NCBI GenBank assembly: GCA_043745235.1
Contig: JAYTTD010000090.1
Location: 50,760 to 114,759, forward strand
DNA: 64,000 nt
Source of the DNA: Nitrospira sp.
Lineage (GTDB): Bacteria; Nitrospirota; Nitrospiria; Nitrospirales; Nitrospiraceae
Reading direction: 5' to 3'
A program made the position numbers and the translations under genes. Shown here piece after piece: positions 38,832 to 47,855 of the stretch (positions are counted from its first letter, which is position 1; the number at the start of each line of letters is the position of its first letter). The notes beneath the pieces are model-generated. The model was given only the letters and a program-made list of their open reading frames with translations, did no database searches and was not told the DNA's origin.

Positions 38832-38847
38832 TAAGCCGAGGAGGGAG

Positions 38848-39414
38848 CTACCAGGTCCGGAAAGGACCGCAATCGAGATGGATAAAATTTGCGCGCGGAT
38901 ACACCCCCACCCCACCGTACTGCAATTTCAATGCGGCATGGCGCATCTCACGAATCTTGACACCGGGAATATAAAAGTCGAGCGCCTGCCCCTGAACATG
39001 TAGGCTGTGCTGCGCGACTCGCCGGCTCCGTTTCACGAGCTGCGCATTGTACTCGGGAGACCGATAGCCAGAAATCACGTGGATCTCACCGGCGCCATCG
39101 ACCGCTTTCTGCACAAGATTCACGTGCTCCAGCATTCGTACATCGATGGCGGCAACTTCTCCTGTGTGATGGCAACGCAGGATATGATTCGCCTCATCCA
39201 ACGCCATAAGGTCATAGTTGCCTGCATTATCACGATAGCGGACTCGCAGTCGTTCGTTCGTGTGCACGTTAAAGAAAGTGAGTTCGCCGTCAGGGAGTTC
39301 GTTCGCACGCGCGACCGATGGACGCAGCAGCCTGCTCCCGAGCAGCAGAAGCCCGACCACAGACGTTTTCAGGAGAGATCGACGAGTCAAAAACCAGGAA
39401 TCCGGATACTGCAA
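38848..39414 (-). CDS. DUF882/YcbK(MepK)-like peptidase M15A family protein with Tat signal
   Basis: Twin-arginine 'TRRSLLK', 'ISGYRSPEYN', 'HVQGQALDF' and 'FIHLD'. Confidence 0.85.
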   Translation of the reverse strand: MQYPDSWFLTRRSLLKTSVVGLLLLGSRLLRPSVARANELPDGELTFFNVHTNERLRVRYRDNAGNYDLMALDEANHILRCHHTGEVAAIDVRMLEHVNLVQKAVDGAGEIHVISGYRSPEYNAQLVKRSRRVAQHSLHVQGQALDFYIPGVKIREMRHAALKLQYGGVGVYPRANFIHLDCGPFRTW

Positions 39415-39782
39415 AGAACCGCTCCATGAGAAGGTGCACTGCAGTCTGTCAGGAAAATCCTGACCCTTCTACCAAAAGCGCCAAAGCCAGTCAACCCATT
39501 CCTGTTGCTTTTCAAGTGAGCGCGATCCATCGTCCCTCGTCCCACGTGATTCGATCTTTGATGCGTGAAGCGCGAGACAGACGAGAAAGGCACGACGCGG
39601 ACAGATTGGGCCCTCCTCGTTTTGCCCGTCTCTCTCGTCCCGCTAGTCTCGCATGTCTCACTGGCCAGAATAGTTTTCCGCAGCCTGTTAGAGCTCACGG
39701 TGGCTGGTCTCTGGTATGTGAAAAGAAAGAGAACCATCGATCGTGGCACAGAAAGCCGTCACTATTATGTGGTTCCGTTGTA

Positions 39783-40200
39783 GTGTCTTTGCTGTGGGAA
39801 CTACTGCTCAGTGGTGGGCTCTTGCTCCTCTGCAATGCCAACGCTGCTCTCACCGGTCGCATCCTTCTGGCAGGCTATGATCCTGAACTACCTGTCGTGC
39901 GAGATCTGGCGAAGACGTATGAGCGGCTGCATCCCAGCGCGGCAATCGATCTCGAATGGGATAGCCGGTGCGGACCATGCATCTGGTCAAAACTGGAGCA
40001 GCTCAATCGCAGTAACCGATCAACCAGATCCTGCGCCCAACACCACGCAAACCACCAACTGGTCTGATCTGGATGGTGCCATGGCTAGAGTGGAGATGAT
40101 TCCCTGCACGTCAGCAAACAATCTCACGGCCGGCTTTCAGAATTCCCTAGGGCTCCCGGAACGGATGGCAGTATCCGCGGTTTCGGTTCGTTCCGATTAA
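39783..40200 (+). pseudogene. degenerate relic of a PstS-like periplasmic binding protein gene
   Basis: Signal-like start followed by 'GRILLAGYDPELPVVRDLAKTYERLHPSAAIDLEWDS'. There is a frame change near 39962-39970, and later 'NWSDLDG' and 'LTAGF' fragments. It is far too short for an intact PBP. Confidence 0.3.
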
Positions 40201-40613
40201 CACGTATTGAGTCTGGACGTGATGCTACTGTCAGCTCCGATTTATTGGCAGCTACATTCAAAGCTCAAGAGGACGGCATGTCCATTCATATCCTAACGGT
40301 CGATCCCGAGAAGCCACCGTGAACAACAGACGATACCGCTTGCGCCGACCGGTCCTCATGCTCACCGCAACACAACCGGATCTTCTCACCGAATCGTTTC
40401 TCTCCTTTGCCCGCTCGATTGACAGGCAGCAGTTGCTCCGCACCATGTTCGTCCCCATCCAGCCGTCGGTTCCTGCGACCATTCCCTCAAACGTGCGGCA
40501 GCTTGACTACTCCTCTCCGTCATCTTGATCACTATCGCCTCCTAATCAACTTCTCCCTAGACAGGAGAACCCAACATAGGTAAGATCGAAAACATTAGGG
40601 TATATCTCACGCT

Positions 40614-40976
40614 ATGGCCACAATCCTTATTATTGACGACGAAGAATCAATCCGGAAGCTCTTGAAGGAAGTCCTTGAGAGGGCCACCCACCGTGTGCTC
40701 GAAGCCTGCGATGGTCGGGAAGGCTTGACTCTCTACCAGCAGAATAAAGTAGACCTGGTCCTCATGGACATCCTGATGCCAGGAACCGATGGCCTCGAAG
40801 CCACCTTACAACTGACGCGAGAATATCTCGACGCAAAGGTCATCGCCATGACTGGTGCGCAAGGCGACCGCAACTTCCTCGATGTCGCAAAACTCTTTGG
40901 CGCCCGTCGCGTCTTCGAAAAACCCTTCGACCTCGACAAGCTCGTCCAAGCCATCGACGAAGAACTCGCCAAATAG
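40614..40976 (+). CDS. single-domain response regulator (CheY-like receiver)
   Basis: 'ILIIDDEESIR', phospho-acceptor 'DLVLMDILMPG', 'VIAMTG' and 'KPF'. Confidence 0.9.
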   Translation: MATILIIDDEESIRKLLKEVLERATHRVLEACDGREGLTLYQQNKVDLVLMDILMPGTDGLEATLQLTREYLDAKVIAMTGAQGDRNFLDVAKLFGARRVFEKPFDLDKLVQAIDEELAK

Positions 40977-41174
40977 CGCTTCCCCTTCAGCTTCACAATT
41001 TCCGGATCGTTCGCTTCATACTCGGATCACGAGTGCACAGAGACAGCGCCGGACTGGATTCTTGCCTCAACTGATCACAGGTGCGGAACGAGCGAAACCA
41101 GAAAATTCTAGAAGTGACGGCTCGGGTCCGTCACAATCTGCTAAAGGCAGGAAGCCGACCGGACGAGGGAGAAT

Positions 41175-41645
41175 GTGACAAACCACACGGGGAAAATCGA
41201 GCGAACGCTGCTGCCGCTCTGGGGCCTACTCATTGCACTGGCCGGCACATTCCCGTTCACGAATTTTGTCGGGCATTCCCATTGGGAGCACATTCAATGG
41301 CTCCCGACCGCTGATACTTTTCGCTCACGGCGATTCCTGTTTGACATCGTCGCTAATATGGCCCTCTTTCTTCCACTGGGCTATCTTCTCGATCGATCCC
41401 TCACCACCACGACGGCTCGTCGCTCACTCTTCCTTACTGCCGGCGTTGCGGGCTTGCTCTCGCTGAGCATGGAATGGTTCCAAGTCTATTGCCACAACCG
41501 TTACCCCTCACCCACTGACGTAGTCAGCAATGTCACGGGAAGCCTCATCGGAGCCTTTCTGTCCATCCACCGCCAGAAAATGGTAGCCTCTCCACCGAAC
41601 CCTACGATTACTCCCGACCCACCGGATCGTAGCCACGCTCCTTAA
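41175..41645 (+). CDS. VanZ-family membrane protein
   Basis: Four TM segments. 'EWFQVYCHNRYPSPTDVVSNVTGSLIGAFL' is the typical VanZ C-terminal motif. Confidence 0.7.
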   Translation: MTNHTGKIERTLLPLWGLLIALAGTFPFTNFVGHSHWEHIQWLPTADTFRSRRFLFDIVANMALFLPLGYLLDRSLTTTTARRSLFLTAGVAGLLSLSMEWFQVYCHNRYPSPTDVVSNVTGSLIGAFLSIHRQKMVASPPNPTITPDPPDRSHAP

Positions 41646-41804
41646 GACAGCGCTCCAAACTGCTTATTGCGAATGGCTCGGCAGCAAGCGACGAAAGAGT
41701 CCGCACCGGGTATTGGGATAGCGGCCCCGTTTGGATGCCGCACAACCGAACCATCACAGCCCCTACCTGACAACCATCAACGCGACTGCATGGACTTCGT
41801 TGAC

Positions 41805-42659
41805 TCATCGGCTCCCACTGAGTTCTCTCCTCGCAAGTCCCCGCATCATCACCGGATCGGCGTACGCCACTTCGCTCAAGGCATCCATGAGATGCAGCCT
41901 TTTCGTTGCAACCAACTCCTTGGCCTTCAGATAGTTCTTCGCAGTAAGTCGTGCTACAGCCGGCTGACCGTTCACAATCTGACAAGCCAGAATTTCGCCG
42001 TTCACTTCAAGCGTGCCACCCTGCTCAACCAGCGTCTTGGCCTGCGCCGACGTAATGCCATGGAGTTGCGCGAACTCCTCCAGCCCTCCCGTTTCAACGA
42101 GTCGGCCATCCGGCATGATGCAGAGTCGCTTGAAATGCGGGGACCAATCCTTCCGGAAGTCGATGTATTTGATGTCTCCGCCCTTCGCGACAGCGCGATC
42201 CAATGTCCGGTAATCGAGTCCAAGATTCTTCTGCTCGAGTTTTGCCAGCAACTCTTCCGGCAACGTCCGGTGAAAGACCAGCGCCGCGACTTCAGCAAGC
42301 GGAATCCCCCGCGCCTGAGTCAATTGCTCCGCCTCGGCAAACTGCATGAGATCCAAGGTCCAGGTTTGCTTCGGAATCTCTCCGGTCGGATCGACTCGAC
42401 AGGCAAACAGCCCTCGCGTCAGCACCCCGCCGACCTGCGGATACACATAGACCCCGCCCTCGTTCAGCAGCCTGGTCATTGTCTCCAGCGGAACCTCATA
42501 GCTTTCCGACAAGACTTTCGCATGCGCGGGAAGATCTTCCCGGTGCGTCATCGCACAGGCCGTGACATTCCCTGGTGCATCGAACTCGGAATAATCCTCG
42601 ATCACGTTATAGAGGATCACCGACTTTGACTTACTCAACTTTTTCTTTATCTTAAACAT
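41805..42659 (-). CDS. hypothetical protein (284 aa), co-oriented partner of the SagB-like gene
   Basis: Balanced composition. The overlapping plus-strand ORF (41667..42629) is Arg-rich and looks like an antisense artefact. I recognise no family. Confidence 0.55.
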   Translation of the reverse strand: MFKIKKKLSKSKSVILYNVIEDYSEFDAPGNVTACAMTHREDLPAHAKVLSESYEVPLETMTRLLNEGGVYVYPQVGGVLTRGLFACRVDPTGEIPKQTWTLDLMQFAEAEQLTQARGIPLAEVAALVFHRTLPEELLAKLEQKNLGLDYRTLDRAVAKGGDIKYIDFRKDWSPHFKRLCIMPDGRLVETGGLEEFAQLHGITSAQAKTLVEQGGTLEVNGEILACQIVNGQPAVARLTAKNYLKAKELVATKRLHLMDALSEVAYADPVMMRGLARRELSGSR

Positions 42660-42705
42660 GAGAGATTAATCTCCAAGCCATTGAGATATCTATAATCACA
42701 CGGAA

Positions 42706-44469
42706 TCATCGATTCAGGTGATGATAGGGTGGTAGTGTCATCAATCTTCCATCCTCAACCGGTCCACCTACCGTAAAGTGGTAGAGCGACTGAAACGAAC
42801 GCGCCTTGATCCCCACGATCTCATGCACCGGATCGTCGAAGAAACATCCGATCCCGGTTGCCCGCACCCCCGCAGCTTCCGCTTCCAGGTACAGCACCTG
42901 CCCCAGCAACCCCGACTCCCAGAATAGACGTGGGTACCACCAAGCCCCTCCCTCCCGCAAGCGCCCTTCGAACTCGGCCATCATCCCCAGTGAGAAGGCA
43001 CTATCCCCAGCGATGTCTTGATGGCAACTCACTTGCACCGCGGCTTTTCGCGCATCGCCTTCAAGCAACCAGTAGAGAGGCAGATCCTCCGGACAACCTG
43101 GCGCCGGAGTCCAGATCAGCTCTGGATTCAGCGATTGCTGGATGAACGACAGCTTCAGTGGATCACGGACCAGAAAATAGAGCCCCGGCGTCAGACCCTC
43201 GACGCGGTGGACAAAGAGCATCACATGAATCGCCGGCTCGTAGGGCCAGACATCCCACGGCATCGGTCGATCCAATTGCGGCCGATCCGAGCGAGGCATC
43301 AGCAGCTGCATCATGTGGAAAAATGTCGTCGCGGAGATCGATGTCTTGCCATCGAACGATACCGCGCTCCGCCGCTGGCGAATGATCTGGCCGGCCAGCT
43401 GCCCCTCGTGAAACGTGAACGGTGAAACGTGAGAAGTCCGCGGGACCACGACCGAGACAAACGTTCGTTCAGAAGACGTCTTCCATGAAGCCTCTGCTGC
43501 TTCATCAATAATGTCCCAATGCACGCCATGTTCACCACTCAACCGATTGGCATTTCCATTCCACTTTCCTGCAGCGAGATCCTTGACCACCGCTGGATCA
43601 AGGAAAAGCGGGATATCGACCACATCCTTACGTTGCACGCCTAACGTTTCACCTTTCACATTTCCAGAAGGCCAAATCACCGCCAGACAGTCCGGATGTT
43701 CCGGCTCAACTTCTGTAAAGTCATCCACCCGATTGGTCCCCAACAATAGGGCAACCGTGTTCTGTTCCACACCATCCAATAGCGCCATGTTCCAGCCCAG
43801 CGTGGCGGCCGCGATCCGCGCCGAACCAATCGCATGACCGACATCGTGATTGCAGTAGCGAAACGCCCGCTCGCCATATTTCCAGGCCTCACGCCAATGC
43901 ACCGAAGTCAGCCCAAACAGAAAGGCGCCAGGCGGAAACAGTGCCAGCAGCAGAGCGACCTGTTCGGCAGGAAACTCTGCCCGAAACTCCAGACCATGCT
44001 CCTTCGGCGCGTAATGATAGAGCCCGGGATTCAGATCGAGGCCATCGATCTGCGGAAATACCGCATAGCCTTCCGTCGGATGCAGATTGCCGGACGACGG
44101 ATTACTCCGTAACGCCCATTCCATCTCCCCGCCTTTTTTCCACGCGGATAAGGCAAGCGCAAATTCGAAAAATCTGGAAAGGGAACGCATGTTCACAGGC
44201 TGACAAGGAACCGCCCCGAGCTGATAGATCGCGTCATAGGCCGGCGACAGCGGCTCCTCATCCGGCCTCAGCAACGGAAGCGGAATCAGTTGTGAACCTT
44301 CGAATCGCCGAAACGGATCAGGCTGATTCGCCCAATCCAGATACCCAAGCGCGCGAGCATAGCGATTGAAGTAATGCTTCGTCTGAACGTGATAGCGGAT
44401 GACCCGATCAATGGGATCGGTCGAAACAGGCTCGGCGGATGTAGCGGGAACTGGCTTCTCGGTGCTCAT
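42706..44469 (-). CDS. SagB/ThcOx-type double nitroreductase-fold dehydrogenase
   Basis: 587 aa. 'YHVQTKHYFNRYA...LDWANQPDPFR', 'RSNPSSGNLHP', 'YCNHDVGHAIG', 'RRSAVSF' and 'GIGCFFD' are typical of this family. Confidence 0.75.
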   Translation of the reverse strand: MSTEKPVPATSAEPVSTDPIDRVIRYHVQTKHYFNRYARALGYLDWANQPDPFRRFEGSQLIPLPLLRPDEEPLSPAYDAIYQLGAVPCQPVNMRSLSRFFEFALALSAWKKGGEMEWALRSNPSSGNLHPTEGYAVFPQIDGLDLNPGLYHYAPKEHGLEFRAEFPAEQVALLLALFPPGAFLFGLTSVHWREAWKYGERAFRYCNHDVGHAIGSARIAAATLGWNMALLDGVEQNTVALLLGTNRVDDFTEVEPEHPDCLAVIWPSGNVKGETLGVQRKDVVDIPLFLDPAVVKDLAAGKWNGNANRLSGEHGVHWDIIDEAAEASWKTSSERTFVSVVVPRTSHVSPFTFHEGQLAGQIIRQRRSAVSFDGKTSISATTFFHMMQLLMPRSDRPQLDRPMPWDVWPYEPAIHVMLFVHRVEGLTPGLYFLVRDPLKLSFIQQSLNPELIWTPAPGCPEDLPLYWLLEGDARKAAVQVSCHQDIAGDSAFSLGMMAEFEGRLREGGAWWYPRLFWESGLLGQVLYLEAEAAGVRATGIGCFFDDPVHEIVGIKARSFQSLYHFTVGGPVEDGRLMTLPPYHHLNR

Positions 44470-44661
44470 TGTGATGGTGAAGGCAGTCTACAGAGCGGCA
44501 GGGAGGAAAGTAAACGCATAGAGACAGAGATACGCTATAGACTGATAGCAGGGGTTCCACCACATGATGACGTAGTGGACAAGCGTTGGAATTTTCTGTA
44601 GGTTCAGCCTTCGACATCTCACGGAAACCTAGTGGCATAGGCCTATCTACTTGGGTGATGC

Positions 44662-45531
44662 ATGAAATCTGGCGAGGCTAAAGGACCTGAATTTATCCGC
44701 TTCTTCCGACCAATCCTTAAATTACTTCTCGAATCCGGTGGAACCAGCACGCCTGCAGAGATTGTTGATCGTTCAATTGAAATTGCAAAAGTTTCCGAAT
44801 CAGAGCAGGAAGCCGTCAATAAGAACGGACAGTCACGGATTAAGAACCAAGTTCACTGGGCACGCCAGTTTCTAGTCTGGGATGACTATCTGGATTCTTC
44901 TCGACGAGGCGTATGGAGTCTTACCGACAAGGGCAAAAGTGTCGAAGTAAGCAGATTAGACCCACTTAAAGTATACAAGAATGTTCAAAAAATCCGTTCC
45001 CGAGCGAAGCAGTCTCAAGAGCTGAAAGCTCCTTTGGTGGACGAAGCTCCTCCTTATGACCTAGCGAGTCAAGGCCACAGGGCTCGGCTGATCGAGCTAA
45101 TTAGATCTATATCACCAGATGGGTTTGAGCGCCTAAGTCAGCGGCTCTTACGGGAATCAGGCTTTCAACACGTTATCGTTACTGGAAGAGCAGGCGACGG
45201 CGGTATAGACGGAATTGGGACGCTGCAAGTTAATCCCTTCGTGAGCTTCAACGTCCTATTTCAGTGCAAACGATATCAAGGCGCTGTAACACCATCCCAT
45301 GTTCGCGATTTTCGCGGTGCCATGATGGGACGTGCAGATAAGGGTATAATTTTAACCACGGGAACGTTCACACTAGAAGCCAAGAAGGAAGCACGGCGTG
45401 ACGGAGTTCCCCCAATTGAGCTTGTTGATGGAGATGTTCTTGTTGACATGTTTGAGCGTCTTGAGTTGGGCCTCACACCAAAGCGAACCTACGATATTGA
45501 TGAAAAGTTTTTCGATGAGTATAAGAAATGA
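44662..45531 (+). CDS. mrr: Mrr-like type IV restriction endonuclease (Mrr_N winged helix + Mrr_cat)
   Basis: 'FERLSQRLLRESGFQHVIVTGRAGDGGIDGIG...FQCKRY...VRDFRGAM...KGIILTTGTFT'. Confidence 0.88.
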   Translation: MKSGEAKGPEFIRFFRPILKLLLESGGTSTPAEIVDRSIEIAKVSESEQEAVNKNGQSRIKNQVHWARQFLVWDDYLDSSRRGVWSLTDKGKSVEVSRLDPLKVYKNVQKIRSRAKQSQELKAPLVDEAPPYDLASQGHRARLIELIRSISPDGFERLSQRLLRESGFQHVIVTGRAGDGGIDGIGTLQVNPFVSFNVLFQCKRYQGAVTPSHVRDFRGAMMGRADKGIILTTGTFTLEAKKEARRDGVPPIELVDGDVLVDMFERLELGLTPKRTYDIDEKFFDEYKK

Positions 45532-45706
45532 GCGCCAAAAATTGGACTGGGAAAGGTGTCAAGAACGATTTCAGGTGATCGCAGCTATCTCCATCGTACA
45601 GCATCATTCCTCTTATTGACCGCTCTTTCCCTCCCCGCGTATCCTGCCATCGCTGCTGCGACACGTGACAACGAAACAGCGTGAGCCGTTAGGCAAAGGA
45701 GATTGC

Positions 45707-46588
45707 ATGAGTCAGGTCCAGAAGGGTATCCTCGCTCCTGTTCCACCACTCGCCCGTTATCTTTTGTTCACTATCGCCGCAGGAAAGAATCCCGCCGGTT
45801 CTTTGCGCAATCTGTGCAAGTTGGCCGACGGTGAGAAGACGGTCGTGGGATTGGGCCAATCACTCGTGCGGGCCCTTGGTCGTGAAGTCCCAGGACTTGA
45901 AGTATTCCCCAACTATGCCGCTCCTGGCTTCAACGTGCCTTCGACATCGGCTGTGGTATGGTGCTGGCTTCGAGGAAACGATCGCGGCGAACTCGTCCAT
46001 CGCGCACGCGCGATTGTCCAAAGCGTCGCCCCTGTCCTTCAATTGCAGCACACGATAGATGGCTTCCGGTATAAATCAGGTTTCGACCTTTCCGGCTATG
46101 AGGACGGGACTGAAAATCCGAAGGGCGCAGCCGCGATCAAAGCCGCCGTGGTCGCCGGACAGAGAACCGGCCTCGACGGAGGGAGTTTCGTCGCGGTTCA
46201 GCAATGGGTCCATAACCTGGATACATTGGAAGCCATGACGACCAAAGAACAGGACCGCACGATCGGGCGCCGGAAACGCGACAATAAAGAACTCGGCAAG
46301 GCACCGGCTTCCGCTCACGTCAAGCGGACCGCGCAGGAAAGTTTCGATCCCACCGCGTTCATTGTGAGACGGTCCATGCCATGGGCCGACGCGCATCAGG
46401 CAGGCTTAGTGTTCGTGGCGTTCGGAAACTCCTTCGACGCGTTCAACGCGCTTCTACGCAGGATGGTCGGCGCCGAAGACGGCATCGTAGACTCGTTGTT
46501 TACGTTCACACGCCCTATTTCCGGGAGCTATTTTTGGTGCCCGCCGATGAAAAACGGGTATCTCGACTTACGGGCAGTCGGCTTATGA
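45707..46588 (+). CDS. Dyp-type peroxidase
   Basis: GxxDG motif 'GYEDGTENP', 'RRSMPW' and 'LVFVAF'. ATG at 45707 with an AAGGAG RBS. Confidence 0.88.
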   Translation: MSQVQKGILAPVPPLARYLLFTIAAGKNPAGSLRNLCKLADGEKTVVGLGQSLVRALGREVPGLEVFPNYAAPGFNVPSTSAVVWCWLRGNDRGELVHRARAIVQSVAPVLQLQHTIDGFRYKSGFDLSGYEDGTENPKGAAAIKAAVVAGQRTGLDGGSFVAVQQWVHNLDTLEAMTTKEQDRTIGRRKRDNKELGKAPASAHVKRTAQESFDPTAFIVRRSMPWADAHQAGLVFVAFGNSFDAFNALLRRMVGAEDGIVDSLFTFTRPISGSYFWCPPMKNGYLDLRAVGL

Positions 46589-46720
46589 CAAAGACAGGAA
46601 GAAGGGTTAGGCTCCGGACATTGATTCTGAGGTGAGACATGCAATTCAATCCAGCCCTTGCCGCACGAGAGCTGTCAGTTTAGGATTTGAATCCATCCAA
46701 CGCTGAGGTATACTTCATCC

Positions 46721-46939
46721 ATGCCGTTCAACCTTCCTCTCAAAGACATGAGTCTGCACGAGAAGCTTTCCGCGATGGAATCCCTGTGGGAAGATCTAGT
46801 TCGCACCCCGGAAGCCATTGAGTCCCCTGCCTGGCACAAAGATATCCTCGATGAGCGCCGGCGGCGTCTCGCCGACGGAACATCTCAATTCATCGATTGG
46901 GAGACGGCCAAGACAGATATCCGCAACGCACTATCGTGA
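46721..46939 (+). CDS. addiction-module antitoxin (putative addiction module component family)
   Basis: 'LHEKLSAMESLWEDL...ESPAWHKDILDERRRRLADG...IDWETAK' is typical of this antitoxin family. The stop overlaps the GTG of the toxin frame. Confidence 0.75.
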   Translation: MPFNLPLKDMSLHEKLSAMESLWEDLVRTPEAIESPAWHKDILDERRRRLADGTSQFIDWETAKTDIRNALS

Positions 46940-47235
46940 GAATCGCAATCCTGGAGGAAGCCCGGGAGGATTTGATTCAGGGGTTCCGCTTCTACGAAAG
47001 CCAAGAGCCAGGACTGGGCACCTACTTCTTAGACTGCCTGTTCTCGGACATTGATTCCCTCCTTGTGTAAGCCGGAATACATGCTGTCACCTCTACCTAC
47101 CATCGATGCCTCTCCAAGCGGTTTCCCTTTGCGATCTACTACAGCTTGGAAGGGGAGCTGGTTCGTGTACATGCTGTGTTGGATTGTCGCAGAAATCCCT
47201 CGTGGATCAGAAAACGGCTCACGGATGATGCATAG
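46936..47235 (+). pseudogene. ParE/RelE-like toxin interrupted by an in-frame TAA at 47068-47070
   Basis: It reads 'VRIAILEEAREDLIQGFRFYESQEPGLG...DSLLV*AGIHAVTSTYHRCLSKRFPFAIYYSLEGELVRVHAVLDCRRNPSWIRKRL'. Both halves are in one frame and together match the ParE-type pattern. Confidence 0.7.
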
Positions 47236-47288
47236 ATTTCGAGTAGGTCTCCATTCTTCCAGCCCAGCCCAACGTAGATAGGCCACCC

Positions 47289-47711
47289 ATGCAATTCGAC
47301 GCAGCCCTTGCCGCGCAGGCGGCATTTCAAGAAGCAGAAACTGATCTCGGTTCCGACTGGGATACCGCCATTGAACTGGAAGCCACCTTTTCTTCCAATG
47401 CCGGATCGACGGCGCGAGAGGCCTATGAGGGATTGCTGTCTCTCGCCACTCGCTATCCGAAAGCTCATGCCTTTCAAGCCTTCTGTATCTACATCACCTG
47501 GCAGCAGGTGACGGAAGAAACGATCGCCCGGCACTTTCAGACCGGGATGAGGCTTTCTGAGTCCTATCTGGCTTCACATGAAGGGAAAAACCAGCAGCAC
47601 ATCGACTACGTGACCGAACTCTATGAATCGTTTCGCGCAGGGCTTGGCTTGGACGAAGAAGACGAGATTCAGGTCGAATTCAGAAAAGACACACCGAAGG
47701 GCGGCGATTGA
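47289..47711 (+). CDS. hypothetical protein
   Basis: 140 aa, acidic and helical. I recognise no family. Its first ~10 codons are duplicated at 46639. Confidence 0.5.
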   Translation: MQFDAALAAQAAFQEAETDLGSDWDTAIELEATFSSNAGSTAREAYEGLLSLATRYPKAHAFQAFCIYITWQQVTEETIARHFQTGMRLSESYLASHEGKNQQHIDYVTELYESFRAGLGLDEEDEIQVEFRKDTPKGGD

Positions 47712-47855
47712 CTGGTACAGATTCGTTAGGCGTGAGACGTAAGGCGTTAGGTGTAATGAGGAAGGGAACATCGCCGTCAAGCTGGCATCATTCTGATTTT
47801 ATCTTGTCCTGAATTGCACCTTACGCCTCACCCTTTACCCCTCACGGCATTGAAG

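Noticed and set aside
39318-40067. A 249-aa ORF spanning the repeat-rich region
   Set aside because: It reads through the GAGAC/GTCTC-rich repeats and the end of the DUF882 gene region. Only its last part resembles a protein (the PstS-like relic), and that part is broken by a frame change.
41667-42629. A 320-aa plus-strand ORF overlapping the 284-aa minus-strand ORF
   Set aside because: Its Arg/Gln/Leu-rich composition is typical of antisense translation of a real gene. The minus-strand product has balanced composition and sits in an operon-like position after the SagB-like gene.
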